DNA of 38,914 bases. Source: Verrucomicrobiota bacterium. Its GTDB lineage: Bacteria; Verrucomicrobiota; Kiritimatiellia; CAIQIC01; Lenti-01. Positions 29,601 to 38,814 of the stretch are shown here, one piece after another (the stretch's first letter is position 1; every line of letters starts with the position of its first letter). The notes under the pieces were generated by a model. The model was given only the letters and a program-made list of their open reading frames with translations, made no database searches and was not told the DNA's origin. The DNA lies in the NCBI GenBank assembly GCA_031262805.1, contig JAISGX010000099.1, positions 1 to 38,914 of the forward strand. The letters run 5' to 3'. The position numbers were made by a program, and so were the translations under genes.

Positions 29601-29672
29601 TTTTCCACGCATTGGAAAAATAATTCCCGGATTTTCCACTCATTGGAAAAAAAGTTTCCATGGAGTGGAAAA
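29601..29672. repeat. Three palindromic TTTCCA-N5-TGGAAA units between convergent genes
   Basis: ttttcca-cgcat-tggaaaa (29601-29619), ttttcca-ctcat-tggaaaa (29632-29650), tttcca-tggag-tggaaa (29655-29671). Confidence 0.85.
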
Positions 29673-29722
29673 CCGCCGGGCTGGAGCTCCCCTGCCGTGA
29701 AACCGCACCGGAGCCGGGCGGA

Positions 29723-31282
29723 TTATTCGTATTCCACCTCGACGCCATGGCGAGCCAGCATGGTGCCGGTGGCCAGCGCCAAGGAGGAAAGCTGCCGATT
29801 GTATTCCGCACGGGCGGCAATTTCCGCCTGACGGGCCTGCGTTAAAGCCCGCTGCAGTTGCAGGACCACAAAACTGGTGCTCCGGCCGCTGTTGAGTTTC
29901 TGCTCTTCGGCTTCCAAGGCTTGTTCGGCATATTCCCGCGCATCGCGGGTGGCGAGAATGCGCTCCCAGCCGGTCAGAACGGCGGCGGCGGCGTTTTCCA
30001 CTTCCACCAATGCACGTTCTTCGAGCTGGCGATATTGAAGCGCCATGCGCTCGGCGGTGGCGAGACTTTGCTTGTGTTGGTTGCGGGCGGCGCGGTTGCC
30101 GAGAGGAAAGGTGAGGGCCACCCCGACGGTCCAGAAGGGTTCATCGGCTGAATCCATGCGGTCGATGGCATGGCCATAGGTGTCTTCATCGCTGGCCGCT
30201 ACGCCGTAGCTGCCGATCACGTCAAGGGCAGGCAGGCGCTGGTTGCGTTGATAGTCCACGCTGAGGCCCTGACGCTCCAAGGCCAGCTTGGCCTCGCGCA
30301 AATCCGGGCGGAAGAGCAGGGCTTCTTCTCCGGCGGCCACGGCATCCACGGGCACCTGCTGCACGGATAAATCCCCCAGGGTCCGCAGCTCCACGTTGCG
30401 GGCGCTGCGGTGGTCGGCAAACACCAACGCCTTCAGATGGTTCTGGGCTTCCACATAGCTTTGCCGTGCGGCGCTCAAATCCGCCTGGGCGCTGGCGGCC
30501 TGGCTTTCCGCCTGTTTTTCATCCAGCCGGGACATGGAGCCAATCCGCACCTTGCGGGCCGTATCTTCATACAGTTGGACGGCCAAGCGGACGGCATCCT
30601 CTTGGACCGCAATGCTTTCTCGCGCCTGGATCAAGGCATACCACGCACTCTCCACCTGCGAGAGAACGGACTGCAGGCGGTTTTCGAGCTGGACGGCGGC
30701 TTCTTCGGACTGTTTGCGAGCGGCGGCCACGCGGTAGCGAGCGCCGTCCGTCTTGAAACCTTTGAGAAGCGGCTGGGTCAGGGTGAGGCCGAGGCTGCCG
30801 GTGGTGGTGTCGAAGGGGTTGGCGGCCCGGTGGCCGCTGCTGTTGCCCATCCGGCCGCTGAGGTCATAGCGCAGGCCGCCGAGGGAGGTGGCGCCGCCGA
30901 GGGCGGCGGTGTAGCTATCGCTTTCCGTCTTGGAGCGGACGGTTTCGAGCACGCCATCGGCCACACCGGGGCTATCGCCCAAGGTTTTCTCGTTGGAGCG
31001 TTGGGCGCGCAAGGAGAGCGCGGGATCGTAGGCGCCGAGGGCCACGTCGATTTCCAAAGCGGCCTCTTCACGCGTGATGCGCTCGATTCGGTAATCCAGA
31101 TTGTTGGCCAAGGCCATGCCGATGCAATCCTCTAGGCTCATCTCACGCTCCGCGGAATATACCGGGGAGGAGGGAGCGGAGGAGCCGGAGGCATAGATGG
31201 CTTCCATCTGCGCGAGCGCGGAGAGTGCGCAGAGCAGGCCGGTCCAAAGTCCTGTGCAGAGTTGTCTGCCGTATTTATTCAT
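29723..31282 (-). CDS. TolC family outer membrane efflux protein
   Basis: Motifs MSLEDCIGMALANN, LTQPLLKG, RPDL, LPALD, G.ST...VL; signal peptide from ATG 31282; overlaps the permease stop. Confidence 0.92.
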   Translation of the reverse strand: MNKYGRQLCTGLWTGLLCALSALAQMEAIYASGSSAPSSPVYSAEREMSLEDCIGMALANNLDYRIERITREEAALEIDVALGAYDPALSLRAQRSNEKTLGDSPGVADGVLETVRSKTESDSYTAALGGATSLGGLRYDLSGRMGNSSGHRAANPFDTTTGSLGLTLTQPLLKGFKTDGARYRVAAARKQSEEAAVQLENRLQSVLSQVESAWYALIQARESIAVQEDAVRLAVQLYEDTARKVRIGSMSRLDEKQAESQAASAQADLSAARQSYVEAQNHLKALVFADHRSARNVELRTLGDLSVQQVPVDAVAAGEEALLFRPDLREAKLALERQGLSVDYQRNQRLPALDVIGSYGVAASDEDTYGHAIDRMDSADEPFWTVGVALTFPLGNRAARNQHKQSLATAERMALQYRQLEERALVEVENAAAAVLTGWERILATRDAREYAEQALEAEEQKLNSGRSTSFVVLQLQRALTQARQAEIAARAEYNRQLSSLALATGTMLARHGVEVEYE

Positions 31283-32495
31283 ATCGCAATGCCTCAATCG
31301 GATCCAACCCGGCGGCCTTCCGCGCCGGATAAAAACCAAAAAACACCCCGATGGCGGCGCTGAATAAAAAGGCCAGCGCCACGGACTCCGGCGAAACCAG
31401 GGTGGCCCAACCGAATTTGAGGGAGACGCCCTTGGCCATGGCATAACCCAGCACAACGCCGATGAAGCCGCCGCCGACACTCAACACCACGGCTTCCACC
31501 AGGAACTGCAGCAGGATGTCCCGGCCGCGTGCACCAACGGCCATCCGGACGCCGATTTCCCTTGTCCGCTCCGTCACGCTCACCAGCATGATGTTCATGA
31601 TGCCGATGCCGCCGACCAGCAGAGAAACGCCTGCAATGGCGCCGAGCAGAATGGTCATGGTCTGGGCGGTGGAGGTGGCCATTTCCATCATATCCTGCTG
31701 GTTGTGAATCCGGAAATCGTTTTCCTGATCCTCCCGGAGGCGGTGGCGCTGCCGCAACAGCGCGGAGAGCTGGGCCATGACCTCCTCGATCATGTCCGCA
31801 TGCTGCACCTGGACGGTGATGGAGCGGAAGGCGGTCCCTCCCGTCAGGCGGATCATGGCGCTGGTCCAAGGGATGAGGACCATGTCGTCCTGATCCGCCC
31901 CCATCATGTTCGCGCCTTTGGGGTGGAGCACCCCCACCACTTCGTAGGGGGCGTTTTGAATCCGAACAATCTGCCCAAGCGGGCTGCCGCCGCCGAAGAG
32001 GTTGGTGGCCACCGTATGGCCCAACACGGCCACCTTGGCGGCCTGCCGGACATCCGCATCCGTCAGGTTGCCGCCGTCGGCAAGCCGCCAAGCGCGGACG
32101 GAGACATAGTCCTCGCTCACGCCGTAGATGGTGGTGTTGAGATTCTGGTTGCCGCAGAGCACCTGGATGCCGCCGCCGCGCACCTCGGGCGTGACGCCAC
32201 TGATGCCGTATACCTCTTGGCGGATGGCGGCATAGTCCTGCTTTGTGAGGGTCGGGGCGCTGCCCCAGCCCATATGCACGCGGCCGCTACGGGCGGCACC
32301 GGAAAGGATGGTCAAAATGTTCTGGCCCATTTGCTCGATGCTGGCGGCCACCTGGGCCTTGGCCCCGGCGCCGATGGCGACCATGGCAATCACGGCAGCC
32401 ACGCCGATGATGATGCCGAGCATGGTCAGCCCGGTGCGCATCATATTCCGGCGCAGGGCGCGTAACGCCATTCTCCATGTCGCGGAAAAGTTCAT
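31275..32495 (-). CDS. MacB-like ABC transporter permease
   Basis: Motifs LTMLGIIIGVAAVI, GGIGIMNIMLVSVTERTREIG, PARKAAGLDPIEALRYE. Confidence 0.95.
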   Translation of the reverse strand: MNFSATWRMALRALRRNMMRTGLTMLGIIIGVAAVIAMVAIGAGAKAQVAASIEQMGQNILTILSGAARSGRVHMGWGSAPTLTKQDYAAIRQEVYGISGVTPEVRGGGIQVLCGNQNLNTTIYGVSEDYVSVRAWRLADGGNLTDADVRQAAKVAVLGHTVATNLFGGGSPLGQIVRIQNAPYEVVGVLHPKGANMMGADQDDMVLIPWTSAMIRLTGGTAFRSITVQVQHADMIEEVMAQLSALLRQRHRLREDQENDFRIHNQQDMMEMATSTAQTMTILLGAIAGVSLLVGGIGIMNIMLVSVTERTREIGVRMAVGARGRDILLQFLVEAVVLSVGGGFIGVVLGYAMAKGVSLKFGWATLVSPESVALAFLFSAAIGVFFGFYPARKAAGLDPIEALRYE

Positions 32496-33286
32496 GCCCC
32501 GGCCTCCGCATCTTCTTCGTGTGGTCGCGACCAGCGGCGGAGGGCCTCGGCAGCATCCAAGGGCGCCGCCACGGGTTCGTCGCGGAGGATCCGTCCGTCG
32601 CGCATGACGATTTGGCGGCGGCAGTATTGGGCAATGTCCGGCTCGTGGGTGACCATCAGGATGGTCATGCCCTTGCGGTTGAGCTCCTGGAAAATCTGCA
32701 TGATTTCCAGGCTGGTGTGGGTGTCCAGGTTGCCGGTGGGCTCATCCGCCAGCAATAGGGCGGGATGGTTGACCAAGGCCCGGGCAATGGCAACGCGCTG
32801 TTGCTGGCCGCCGGAGAGCTGGCTGGGATGGTGCCCGGCCCGGGCGGAGAGGCCGACGCGTTCCAAGGCCTGGAGCGCCTGGTCATGCAACTGTTTGCGC
32901 GAAAGAGTGTGGGTGGAATACAGCAGCGGCAACTCCACATTTTCCAATGCGGAGGTCCGGGAAAGAAGATTGAAGCCCTGGAAGACGAACCCCAAGCGCT
33001 GGTTCCGCACCCGCGAGAGCTCGTTTTTGTTCAGCGAGCCGACGGACTCGCCATCCAGCCAGTACTGCCCGCCGGAGGGGCGGTCCAGGCAACCGATCAT
33101 GTTCATCAAGGTGGATTTTCCCGAGCCGCTGGCGCCCATGATGGCCACAAACTCCCCCTTCCGAATGCTCAGCGAGACCGTGCGGACGGCATGGACGGCG
33201 ACTTCTTCGCCGGATTGGTAGACCTTGTCGAGATTTTCCAGGCGGATGACGGTGTCGTGGGGTATGGCGGGCGGCGCGGCGGGCAC
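32492..33286 (-). CDS. ABC transporter ATP-binding protein (MacB/LolD-type)
   Basis: Motifs GASGSGKST, LSGGQQQRV, LLADEPTGNLD, VTHE. Confidence 0.96.
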   Translation of the reverse strand: MPAAPPAIPHDTVIRLENLDKVYQSGEEVAVHAVRTVSLSIRKGEFVAIMGASGSGKSTLMNMIGCLDRPSGGQYWLDGESVGSLNKNELSRVRNQRLGFVFQGFNLLSRTSALENVELPLLYSTHTLSRKQLHDQALQALERVGLSARAGHHPSQLSGGQQQRVAIARALVNHPALLLADEPTGNLDTHTSLEIMQIFQELNRKGMTILMVTHEPDIAQYCRRQIVMRDGRILRDEPVAAPLDAAEALRRWSRPHEEDAEAGA

Positions 33287-33289
33287 GGC

Positions 33290-34495
33290 TTATCTCCGGC
33301 GGGGAGGCCCCGGCATGAAAGGCGAAGGCGTGGACGATGAGGGCGCGTCCGCCCGATCTTGAGCAGTCAGGATGCCGACCGCCACGGCGTCTCCTTCGGA
33401 AAGGCCGCCGAGGACTTCCGTCCAGGAGCCATCCGTGATGCCGGTGGCGATGGGCACGCGGCGCAGGAGGCCCGGGCCCTCCACCACATACACCGTCCGC
33501 ATGCCGGAGGCCGGGCCCGCCGTTTCGCCGCCGAGCGGCCCACGCGGCGGCGGTTCTGCCACAATGGCCCCCTCCGGAGGACGAAAACGAAGGGCGGAAT
33601 TGGACAGGCGGAGCGCCTTTTCTCGACGTGCGGTCACGACGCTGGCATTGGCCGTCATGCCGGGGCGCAGCTTGAGGTCGGCATTCTGGACATCCACGAT
33701 GGCGATGTAATTGACGACATTCTGGACGGTGACGGGCTCGAAGCGAACCTGGCTGACGACGCCGGTGAAGGTGAGGTCCGCATAGGCATCCACGGTGAAG
33801 GAAACGGCCTGGCCTTCCTCCACACCGCCGACATCGGCTTCCGAAATTTCCGCTTCAATGCGCATTCGCCGCAAATCCTGCGCCAACAGGAAAAGCGTTG
33901 GCGCATTCAGGCTGGCGGCCACGGTCTGGCCGACATCCACGGCCCGGGAAATCACCACGCCGTCCATCGGGGAATAGATGGTCGTTTTTTCCAAATCCAC
34001 CCGCACCTTGTCCAGGCTGGCTTCGCGCATTCGGAGGGTGGCCTGGGCCTGGGCGAGCGAGGCTTCCGCCTGGTCGTAATCGGACTGGCTAAGCAGCTCC
34101 AGATCCAGCAATTCCTGGGCGCGGTTGAAATTGGCTTGCGCGAGTTTGAGGGAGGCGCGGGCGCTTTCCACTTCCGCCTCGCCCTGCTGGAGCTGGCGTT
34201 GATAGGTGGAGTCATCCAGCTTGGCGAGCACCTGGCCGTTGGTCACAATGGAATTGTAGTCCGCCATCAGCTCCATGATGGTGCCGGAGACTTCCGAGCC
34301 CACATCCACGGTCCGGACGGCGCCCAAGGCGCCGTTGGCTGTGACGGTTTGGACAATTTCGCCACGGTCGACGGGGAGCGTTCGATATTCCGTACGGCCA
34401 CCGAGCGCACCCGCCCGGTTCCGCCAAAACCAAAAGCCGCCGATGGCCAGCCCGATGGCGAGTGCCAAGACGATGAAGCGATGTCCTTTTTTCAC
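33290..34495 (-). CDS. MacA-like periplasmic adaptor (membrane fusion protein)
   Basis: N-terminal TM; motifs VGSEVSG, IYSPMDGVVISR.VDVGQTVAASL, LRPGMTA. Confidence 0.93.
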   Translation of the reverse strand: MKKGHRFIVLALAIGLAIGGFWFWRNRAGALGGRTEYRTLPVDRGEIVQTVTANGALGAVRTVDVGSEVSGTIMELMADYNSIVTNGQVLAKLDDSTYQRQLQQGEAEVESARASLKLAQANFNRAQELLDLELLSQSDYDQAEASLAQAQATLRMREASLDKVRVDLEKTTIYSPMDGVVISRAVDVGQTVAASLNAPTLFLLAQDLRRMRIEAEISEADVGGVEEGQAVSFTVDAYADLTFTGVVSQVRFEPVTVQNVVNYIAIVDVQNADLKLRPGMTANASVVTARREKALRLSNSALRFRPPEGAIVAEPPPRGPLGGETAGPASGMRTVYVVEGPGLLRRVPIATGITDGSWTEVLGGLSEGDAVAVGILTAQDRADAPSSSTPSPFMPGPPRRR

Positions 34496-34618
34496 ACGTT
34501 CTTCCTTTCCTTTCTTTAGTCGCCCAGCCGGAAGGCAATGTTACACCCTCGCCCACGTTTTCACCAAGCGCACCGTTTCCGCGCCATCCAACCGCCGGGC
34601 CTTCCCCGCCCTTGCGCG

Positions 34619-36313
34619 CTATGGCTCGACCCTCAAGCGAATGCTCCGCTGCTTCTGCGCCCCCAGTTCCACGCTCTGCTCCACGGAACCGGCCGTCTGG
34701 TTGGTAAAGCGCACAAGCGCACTCCACTCCACGCTCTCGGCGGAGAGGTCGGAGCTTGCCTCCACCGTATAGACGCGGCCGCTGGCGCCCGGGAAGGAAA
34801 CGGCCAGCTGGTTTGTCCCGAGCTGGACATGGGTGAAGGCAAAATAGCTGGCCGGATTGGTCGGCTGCGTACCGGCGATATATTCCGCCAAATTGTCGAA
34901 CCCATCCCGGTCCGCATCCGCTTCCTGCGCGCCTTCCGCCGTCTGCGGGTTCAATCCTTCGGAAAGGGCCCAGCTCTCATAGGCGCTTGGACGGCGCGCC
35001 ACTCGGAAGCCGAGGATAAAATAGGACCAGCCGGAGGGAAACGACGCATTCCGGAAGGAGCACCGCAGGAACGAGGGATCCACCTGTTGGAACATGGAGT
35101 GGGTTGTCCAGCCTCCTCCGCGGGCAATCCGTTGTTCATGAAAGGAAGCCTCCGCAGGCGGACCGGACGGATCCGGCAACGAGGCTTCCGGCTTCGGATA
35201 CCACGTGTTGGTCGAATCATCCTGATAATCCAGGCACCATTCATATACATTACCGGCCATGTCATACAATCCATAGCCGTTCGCCATATCCGCCAGCCGC
35301 CCGTAGTCCGCCCCGGCCCAGGGAATTTGGCGCTCCAAACCGGTGATCTGCTGCCGCCCGTTATAATAGCCGACGGGGGTGGTGGGGATGGCCTCGCCCG
35401 ACCACGGATGGGCGGGATGCGGCGCCTGCACCATCGAATAGCGGATATCCTGATAATTGGCTTTGCCCGGATCAATGTTATACAAATAGTGATTGGTTCC
35501 CTCTGCGGAATCGTTGGGCCAGGGGAAATGGGTGTTGCTCACGCCGCCTCGGGCGGCCTTTTCCCATTCCGCCTCCGTCGGCAGGCGGTATCCGGCGGCG
35601 GAAAGATCCACGGCCCAGCCTTCGGGCTGAAAATCGATGGCCCGCCGCCGTCCCTCTTGGTCGCTGAGGAAATTGCAGAAAGCCAATGCGCCATACCACG
35701 TCACGGAAATACAGGGAAAATTCGTTTTCCCTTCCTGGACGGCGAAGGCCCCATTGGTGAAGATGATTTGCGAGAAGCCGCTGTCCAAATTGAGCAGTTC
35801 ATAGCCATAGCCTTGCGTGTTCCACACCGCCCCAGCCACATTGGTCCGGACCTCGGAAACAGAGTTGGTCCACACCGTCCCAGCCTCATTGGTCCAGACG
35901 TTGGGAACAGAGTTGGTCAGCACCACATCGCGCACCTCCACCAGCCCTTGGTCATAGGCCCATTGCATGGTGCGCGCCATCTCCTCATTGGTCGTTTCAA
36001 AGGTCCCCATCCAGAACCCGCTGATGGGCACCGCATGCAGGGGGCTCTCAATGGGCCAGCCTTCCGTGCCCGGCGTTGTGACATGGGTGAACGGATTGCC
36101 CATCCAAAATGTTCCGGAGGGAATCCACGCCAATGAGGCAGAAGCGGTCGCCGAGGCGGACACAGGGGAGAACCGAAGAGAAGACGCCAACCGTGGCTGA
36201 ACGTATTTTTCAACATGCGCCTCCTGGCCTTCTTCCAAAGGAACAAATTGGGCAAATGCGGCGCTGGCGGCGAACAGCGTGCACACCATCCAGAATGGGG
36301 GGCTTGGCTTCAT
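34619..36313 (-). CDS. Secreted formylglycine-generating enzyme (SUMF1/FGE-sulfatase) domain protein with a C-terminal DxDxDG module
   Basis: Motifs IPSGTFWMG, YRLPTEAEWEKAARGG, NGYGLYDMAGNVYEWC, RGGGW, GFRVAR; tail DADRDGFDNLAEYIAGTQPTNPAS; signal peptide. Confidence 0.9.
   Translation of the reverse strand: MKPSPPFWMVCTLFAASAAFAQFVPLEEGQEAHVEKYVQPRLASSLRFSPVSASATASASLAWIPSGTFWMGNPFTHVTTPGTEGWPIESPLHAVPISGFWMGTFETTNEEMARTMQWAYDQGLVEVRDVVLTNSVPNVWTNEAGTVWTNSVSEVRTNVAGAVWNTQGYGYELLNLDSGFSQIIFTNGAFAVQEGKTNFPCISVTWYGALAFCNFLSDQEGRRRAIDFQPEGWAVDLSAAGYRLPTEAEWEKAARGGVSNTHFPWPNDSAEGTNHYLYNIDPGKANYQDIRYSMVQAPHPAHPWSGEAIPTTPVGYYNGRQQITGLERQIPWAGADYGRLADMANGYGLYDMAGNVYEWCLDYQDDSTNTWYPKPEASLPDPSGPPAEASFHEQRIARGGGWTTHSMFQQVDPSFLRCSFRNASFPSGWSYFILGFRVARRPSAYESWALSEGLNPQTAEGAQEADADRDGFDNLAEYIAGTQPTNPASYFAFTHVQLGTNQLAVSFPGASGRVYTVEASSDLSAESVEWSALVRFTNQTAGSVEQSVELGAQKQRSIRLRVEP
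35821..35916 (-). repeat. Imperfect 2 x 48-bp in-frame tandem repeat in the FGE-domain gene
   Basis: Encodes TNSVPNVWTNEAGTVW / TNSVSEVRTNVAGAVW. Confidence 0.85.
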
Positions 36314-36373
36314 CCCCGAAAGCTTACGACGGCGGCGGAGATCTGTCGAGTTTCTGTGCCGGGAGTAAACCCC

Positions 36374-36403
36374 AAAAAAAAAGCGGCCGAACGGCCGCTT
36401 TTC
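36374..36403 (-). terminator. Intrinsic terminator, PEP-CTERM copy 1
   Basis: aaaagcggccg-aa-cggccgctttt with a long T-run on the minus strand. Confidence 0.85.
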
Positions 36404-36424
36404 TTTTCTCCACGCGGGAGCGTA

Positions 36425-36979
36425 TTACTTGCGCAGTTTGCGCCGGAGCACCATCGCCAGAGCGCCGAGGCCCAACAGGCTCATGGTCGCCGGTTCCGGA
36501 ATGGAGGGGGTGACAGCCAAGGTTGTGGAATAGTTTGCATTGCCGTTATTGTCCCACGCGATCTGGCCAGCGGTGGAGTCATCCACTGCGGCATAATAGA
36601 ACTCCAGCTCTTGGCCATCCATCCCCGCCGTGACGGGAATCATCTGTTCGGCGCTCTGGCTCTCCCAGACGCCGTTGTTGACTCTATCTTCCTTCCAACC
36701 CAAATTTATAGGGGCGACCCATGCTCCGTCCAGAGCATAACCGACCTGGGCGCTATAACCCATCCCAGCAGGATAGAGCTGCGTTTGGAAGCCGATCTGA
36801 TCGCCTTCAGTCAGAGCCAACGAGACGGGCAGGCCATCATTGGTGCCATCCCCTCCGGCGGCAGCCGTATACCAAGCGCCACCGCTTATGAACAAATACG
36901 AATCTCCCACCCAGCTGACCTGGGCCATCGCGGAACCTGCCACCATGGCGATCAATGCAAACACCAACCATTTCTTCAT
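36425..36979 (-). CDS. PEP-CTERM sorting domain protein, paralogue 1
   Basis: Signal peptide; WDNNGNANYS; IPEPATMSLLGLGALAMVLRRKLRK; AGGAG RBS. Confidence 0.93.
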   Translation of the reverse strand: MKKWLVFALIAMVAGSAMAQVSWVGDSYLFISGGAWYTAAAGGDGTNDGLPVSLALTEGDQIGFQTQLYPAGMGYSAQVGYALDGAWVAPINLGWKEDRVNNGVWESQSAEQMIPVTAGMDGQELEFYYAAVDDSTAGQIAWDNNGNANYSTTLAVTPSIPEPATMSLLGLGALAMVLRRKLRK

Positions 36980-37216
36980 AACCTAATTTCTCCTATTTTT
37001 TTAATGCCTTTTGAAGCACACTGCGGACCCTAGCGGATTTGCCGCGTTCGGTACAAGTTTTTTTTAGAAAAAATTCGCTATTTTTCTTTACATTTCCAGA
37101 ACAAATGAAAGGGATTTGCGGAGGGTGGCAAGGCTTTTGGGAAACGGACGGCCCGGAGGGTTTTGTACGGAACGGCGGCGGCAAAATCGGCATGGGGGAA
37201 CGCCGGGAGTAAACCC

Positions 37217-37246
37217 AAAAAAAAAGCGGCCAAACGGCCGCTTTTT
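37217..37246 (-). terminator. Intrinsic terminator, PEP-CTERM copy 2
   Basis: aaaaagcggcc-aaac-ggccgcttttt. Confidence 0.85.
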
Positions 37247-37271
37247 CTTTGTCTCCCACGCAAGGGCGTAT

Positions 37272-37853
37272 TTACTTGCGCAGTTTGCGCCGGAGCACCA
37301 TCGCCAGAGCGCCGAGGCCCAACAGGCTCATGGTCGCCGGTTCCGGAACGGGGGTGGGAGGGGGAGTGACATGCAAGTTGACGGAATAATTGTCCCCGCC
37401 GTTGCTATCCCACTGGACCTGATTGCCGTCGCTGTCCGTCGTGGCATAAAAGAACTCCAGCGTCGCGCCATCCATTTCCAGCGTGACGGGAATAAACTGC
37501 TCCGCGGGCGAACTCCTGTATACGGCGTTGTTGTAATACTCACCACCCGAATTCGAATACCAATCCAATTGGGCGGTGTTCCATACCCCGTTCACGGCAT
37601 AACCAACCTCGGCATTATAGCCATAGGTGGCGGGAGAGAACTGTGTCTCGAAACCGATTTGATCGCCTGCGTACAAATCCAACGTGGCAGGCAGGATTGG
37701 GGCACCGGTACTCGGGGCGGCGGAAACGGCGTACCATCCACCACCCTCTCGACCGCCCTGTACGAACAAATACGAATTTCCCATCCAGCTGATCTGGGCC
37801 ATCGCGGAACCCGCCGCCATGGCGATCGATGCAAACACCAACCATTTTTTCAT
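37272..37853 (-). CDS. PEP-CTERM sorting domain protein, paralogue 2
   Basis: Signal peptide; WDSNGGDNYS; VPEPATMSLLGLGALAMVLRRKLRK. Confidence 0.93.
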   Translation of the reverse strand: MKKWLVFASIAMAAGSAMAQISWMGNSYLFVQGGREGGGWYAVSAAPSTGAPILPATLDLYAGDQIGFETQFSPATYGYNAEVGYAVNGVWNTAQLDWYSNSGGEYYNNAVYRSSPAEQFIPVTLEMDGATLEFFYATTDSDGNQVQWDSNGGDNYSVNLHVTPPPTPVPEPATMSLLGLGALAMVLRRKLRK

Positions 37854-37902
37854 AATCTAATTTCTCCTGTTTTAAACCATGCACTTTTGAAATTGCGCAC
37901 GA

Positions 37903-37931
37903 ACATTACCGGATTGCCGCATCCGGCGCAA
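37903..37931 (-). promoter_or_regulatory. Putative sigma70 promoter of PEP-CTERM paralogue 2 (homologous boxes at 37027-37056 and 38756-38785)
   Basis: TTGCGC-17-TAATGT; the other copies read TTGTAC-18-TAGGGT and TTGCAC-18-TAATGT; each follows an A-tract. Confidence 0.5.
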
Positions 37932-38074
37932 GTTTTTTTAAGAAAAATTCATCCATTTTCTTTACATTTCCGGATCAGATGAAAAGGATTTGCGGAGGGC
38001 GGCAATGCTTCCTAGAAACGGACGGCCTTGGCGGCGGAGAGGCGCCCCAAGTTTCTGCGCCGGGAGTAGAACCC

Positions 38075-38101
38075 AAAAAAGCGGCCGAACGGCCGCTTTT
38101 T
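38075..38101 (-). terminator. Intrinsic terminator, PEP-CTERM copy 3
   Basis: aaaaagcggccg-aa-cggccgcttttt. Confidence 0.85.
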
Positions 38102-38124
38102 CATTTCTTCCACGCGAGGGCGTA

Positions 38125-38706
38125 TCACTGGCGCAGTTTGCGCCTGAGAACCATTGCCAAGGCGCCGAGGCCCAACAGGGTCATGGCCGCCGGTTCCGGA
38201 ACAGCGGAGGGGGTGGGATTCAAGGTGACGGAATAATTTTGCCCACCGTTATTGTCCCACTGGACCTGCTCGCCGGTGGAGTCATCCACCGTAGCAAAAA
38301 AGAACTCCAGCACTACGTTATCCATTTCCGCCGTGACGGGAATAAACTCTTCGTTGGAGTCGCTCCAGTATACGGCATTGTCCCAACTCGAACCACCCGA
38401 ATTTGAAAACCAACTCAAATTGATGGTCTGCGATTCTCCGCCGTTCACGGTATAAACGACCTCGGCGCCATAGCCATTGGTGATGGGATGAAACTGCGTC
38501 TGAAAGCCGATCTTATCGCCTTCGTTCACCTCCAACGAAGCGGGCAGAGCCGGATTGCTGGCATCCGGGACGGCGGAAACCGAGTACCAATCCCAATTAC
38601 CCGCAATGCCCTCGATGATCATATACGAATTCCCCATCCAGTCGATCTGGGCCATCGCGAAACCCGCCGCCATGGCAATCCATGCAAACACCAATCCCTT
38701 CTTCAC
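38125..38706 (-). CDS. PEP-CTERM sorting domain protein, paralogue 3 (GTG start)
   Basis: Signal peptide; WDNNGGQNYS; VPEPAAMTLLGLGALAMVLRRKLRQ. Confidence 0.93.
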   Translation of the reverse strand: MKKGLVFAWIAMAAGFAMAQIDWMGNSYMIIEGIAGNWDWYSVSAVPDASNPALPASLEVNEGDKIGFQTQFHPITNGYGAEVVYTVNGGESQTINLSWFSNSGGSSWDNAVYWSDSNEEFIPVTAEMDNVVLEFFFATVDDSTGEQVQWDNNGGQNYSVTLNPTPSAVPEPAAMTLLGLGALAMVLRRKLRQ

Positions 38707-38796
38707 AACCTAATTTCTCCTGTTTTAAACCATGTACTTTTGAAATCAAACGCGAACATTACCGGATTTGCCGCAGCCGGTGCAAGTTTATTTTTA

Positions 38797-38814
38797 GGGT
38801 CAAGATAACATAAG
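38797..38814 (+). repeat. 18-bp motif gggtcaagataacataag, copy 2
   Basis: Identical to 13775-13792. Confidence 0.8.

Noticed and set aside
29601-29672. Mini-CRISPR
   Set aside because: Units are 17-19 bp with variable centres and only 4-12 bp between them; no cas genes.
34990-35130. FGE (C-type lectin fold) C-terminus as a diversity-generating retroelement variable region
   Set aside because: No template repeat differing at adenines and no reverse transcriptase in the window.
33359-36136. 386-aa and 532-aa plus-strand ORFs
   Set aside because: Antisense to the well-supported MacA-like and FGE-domain genes.
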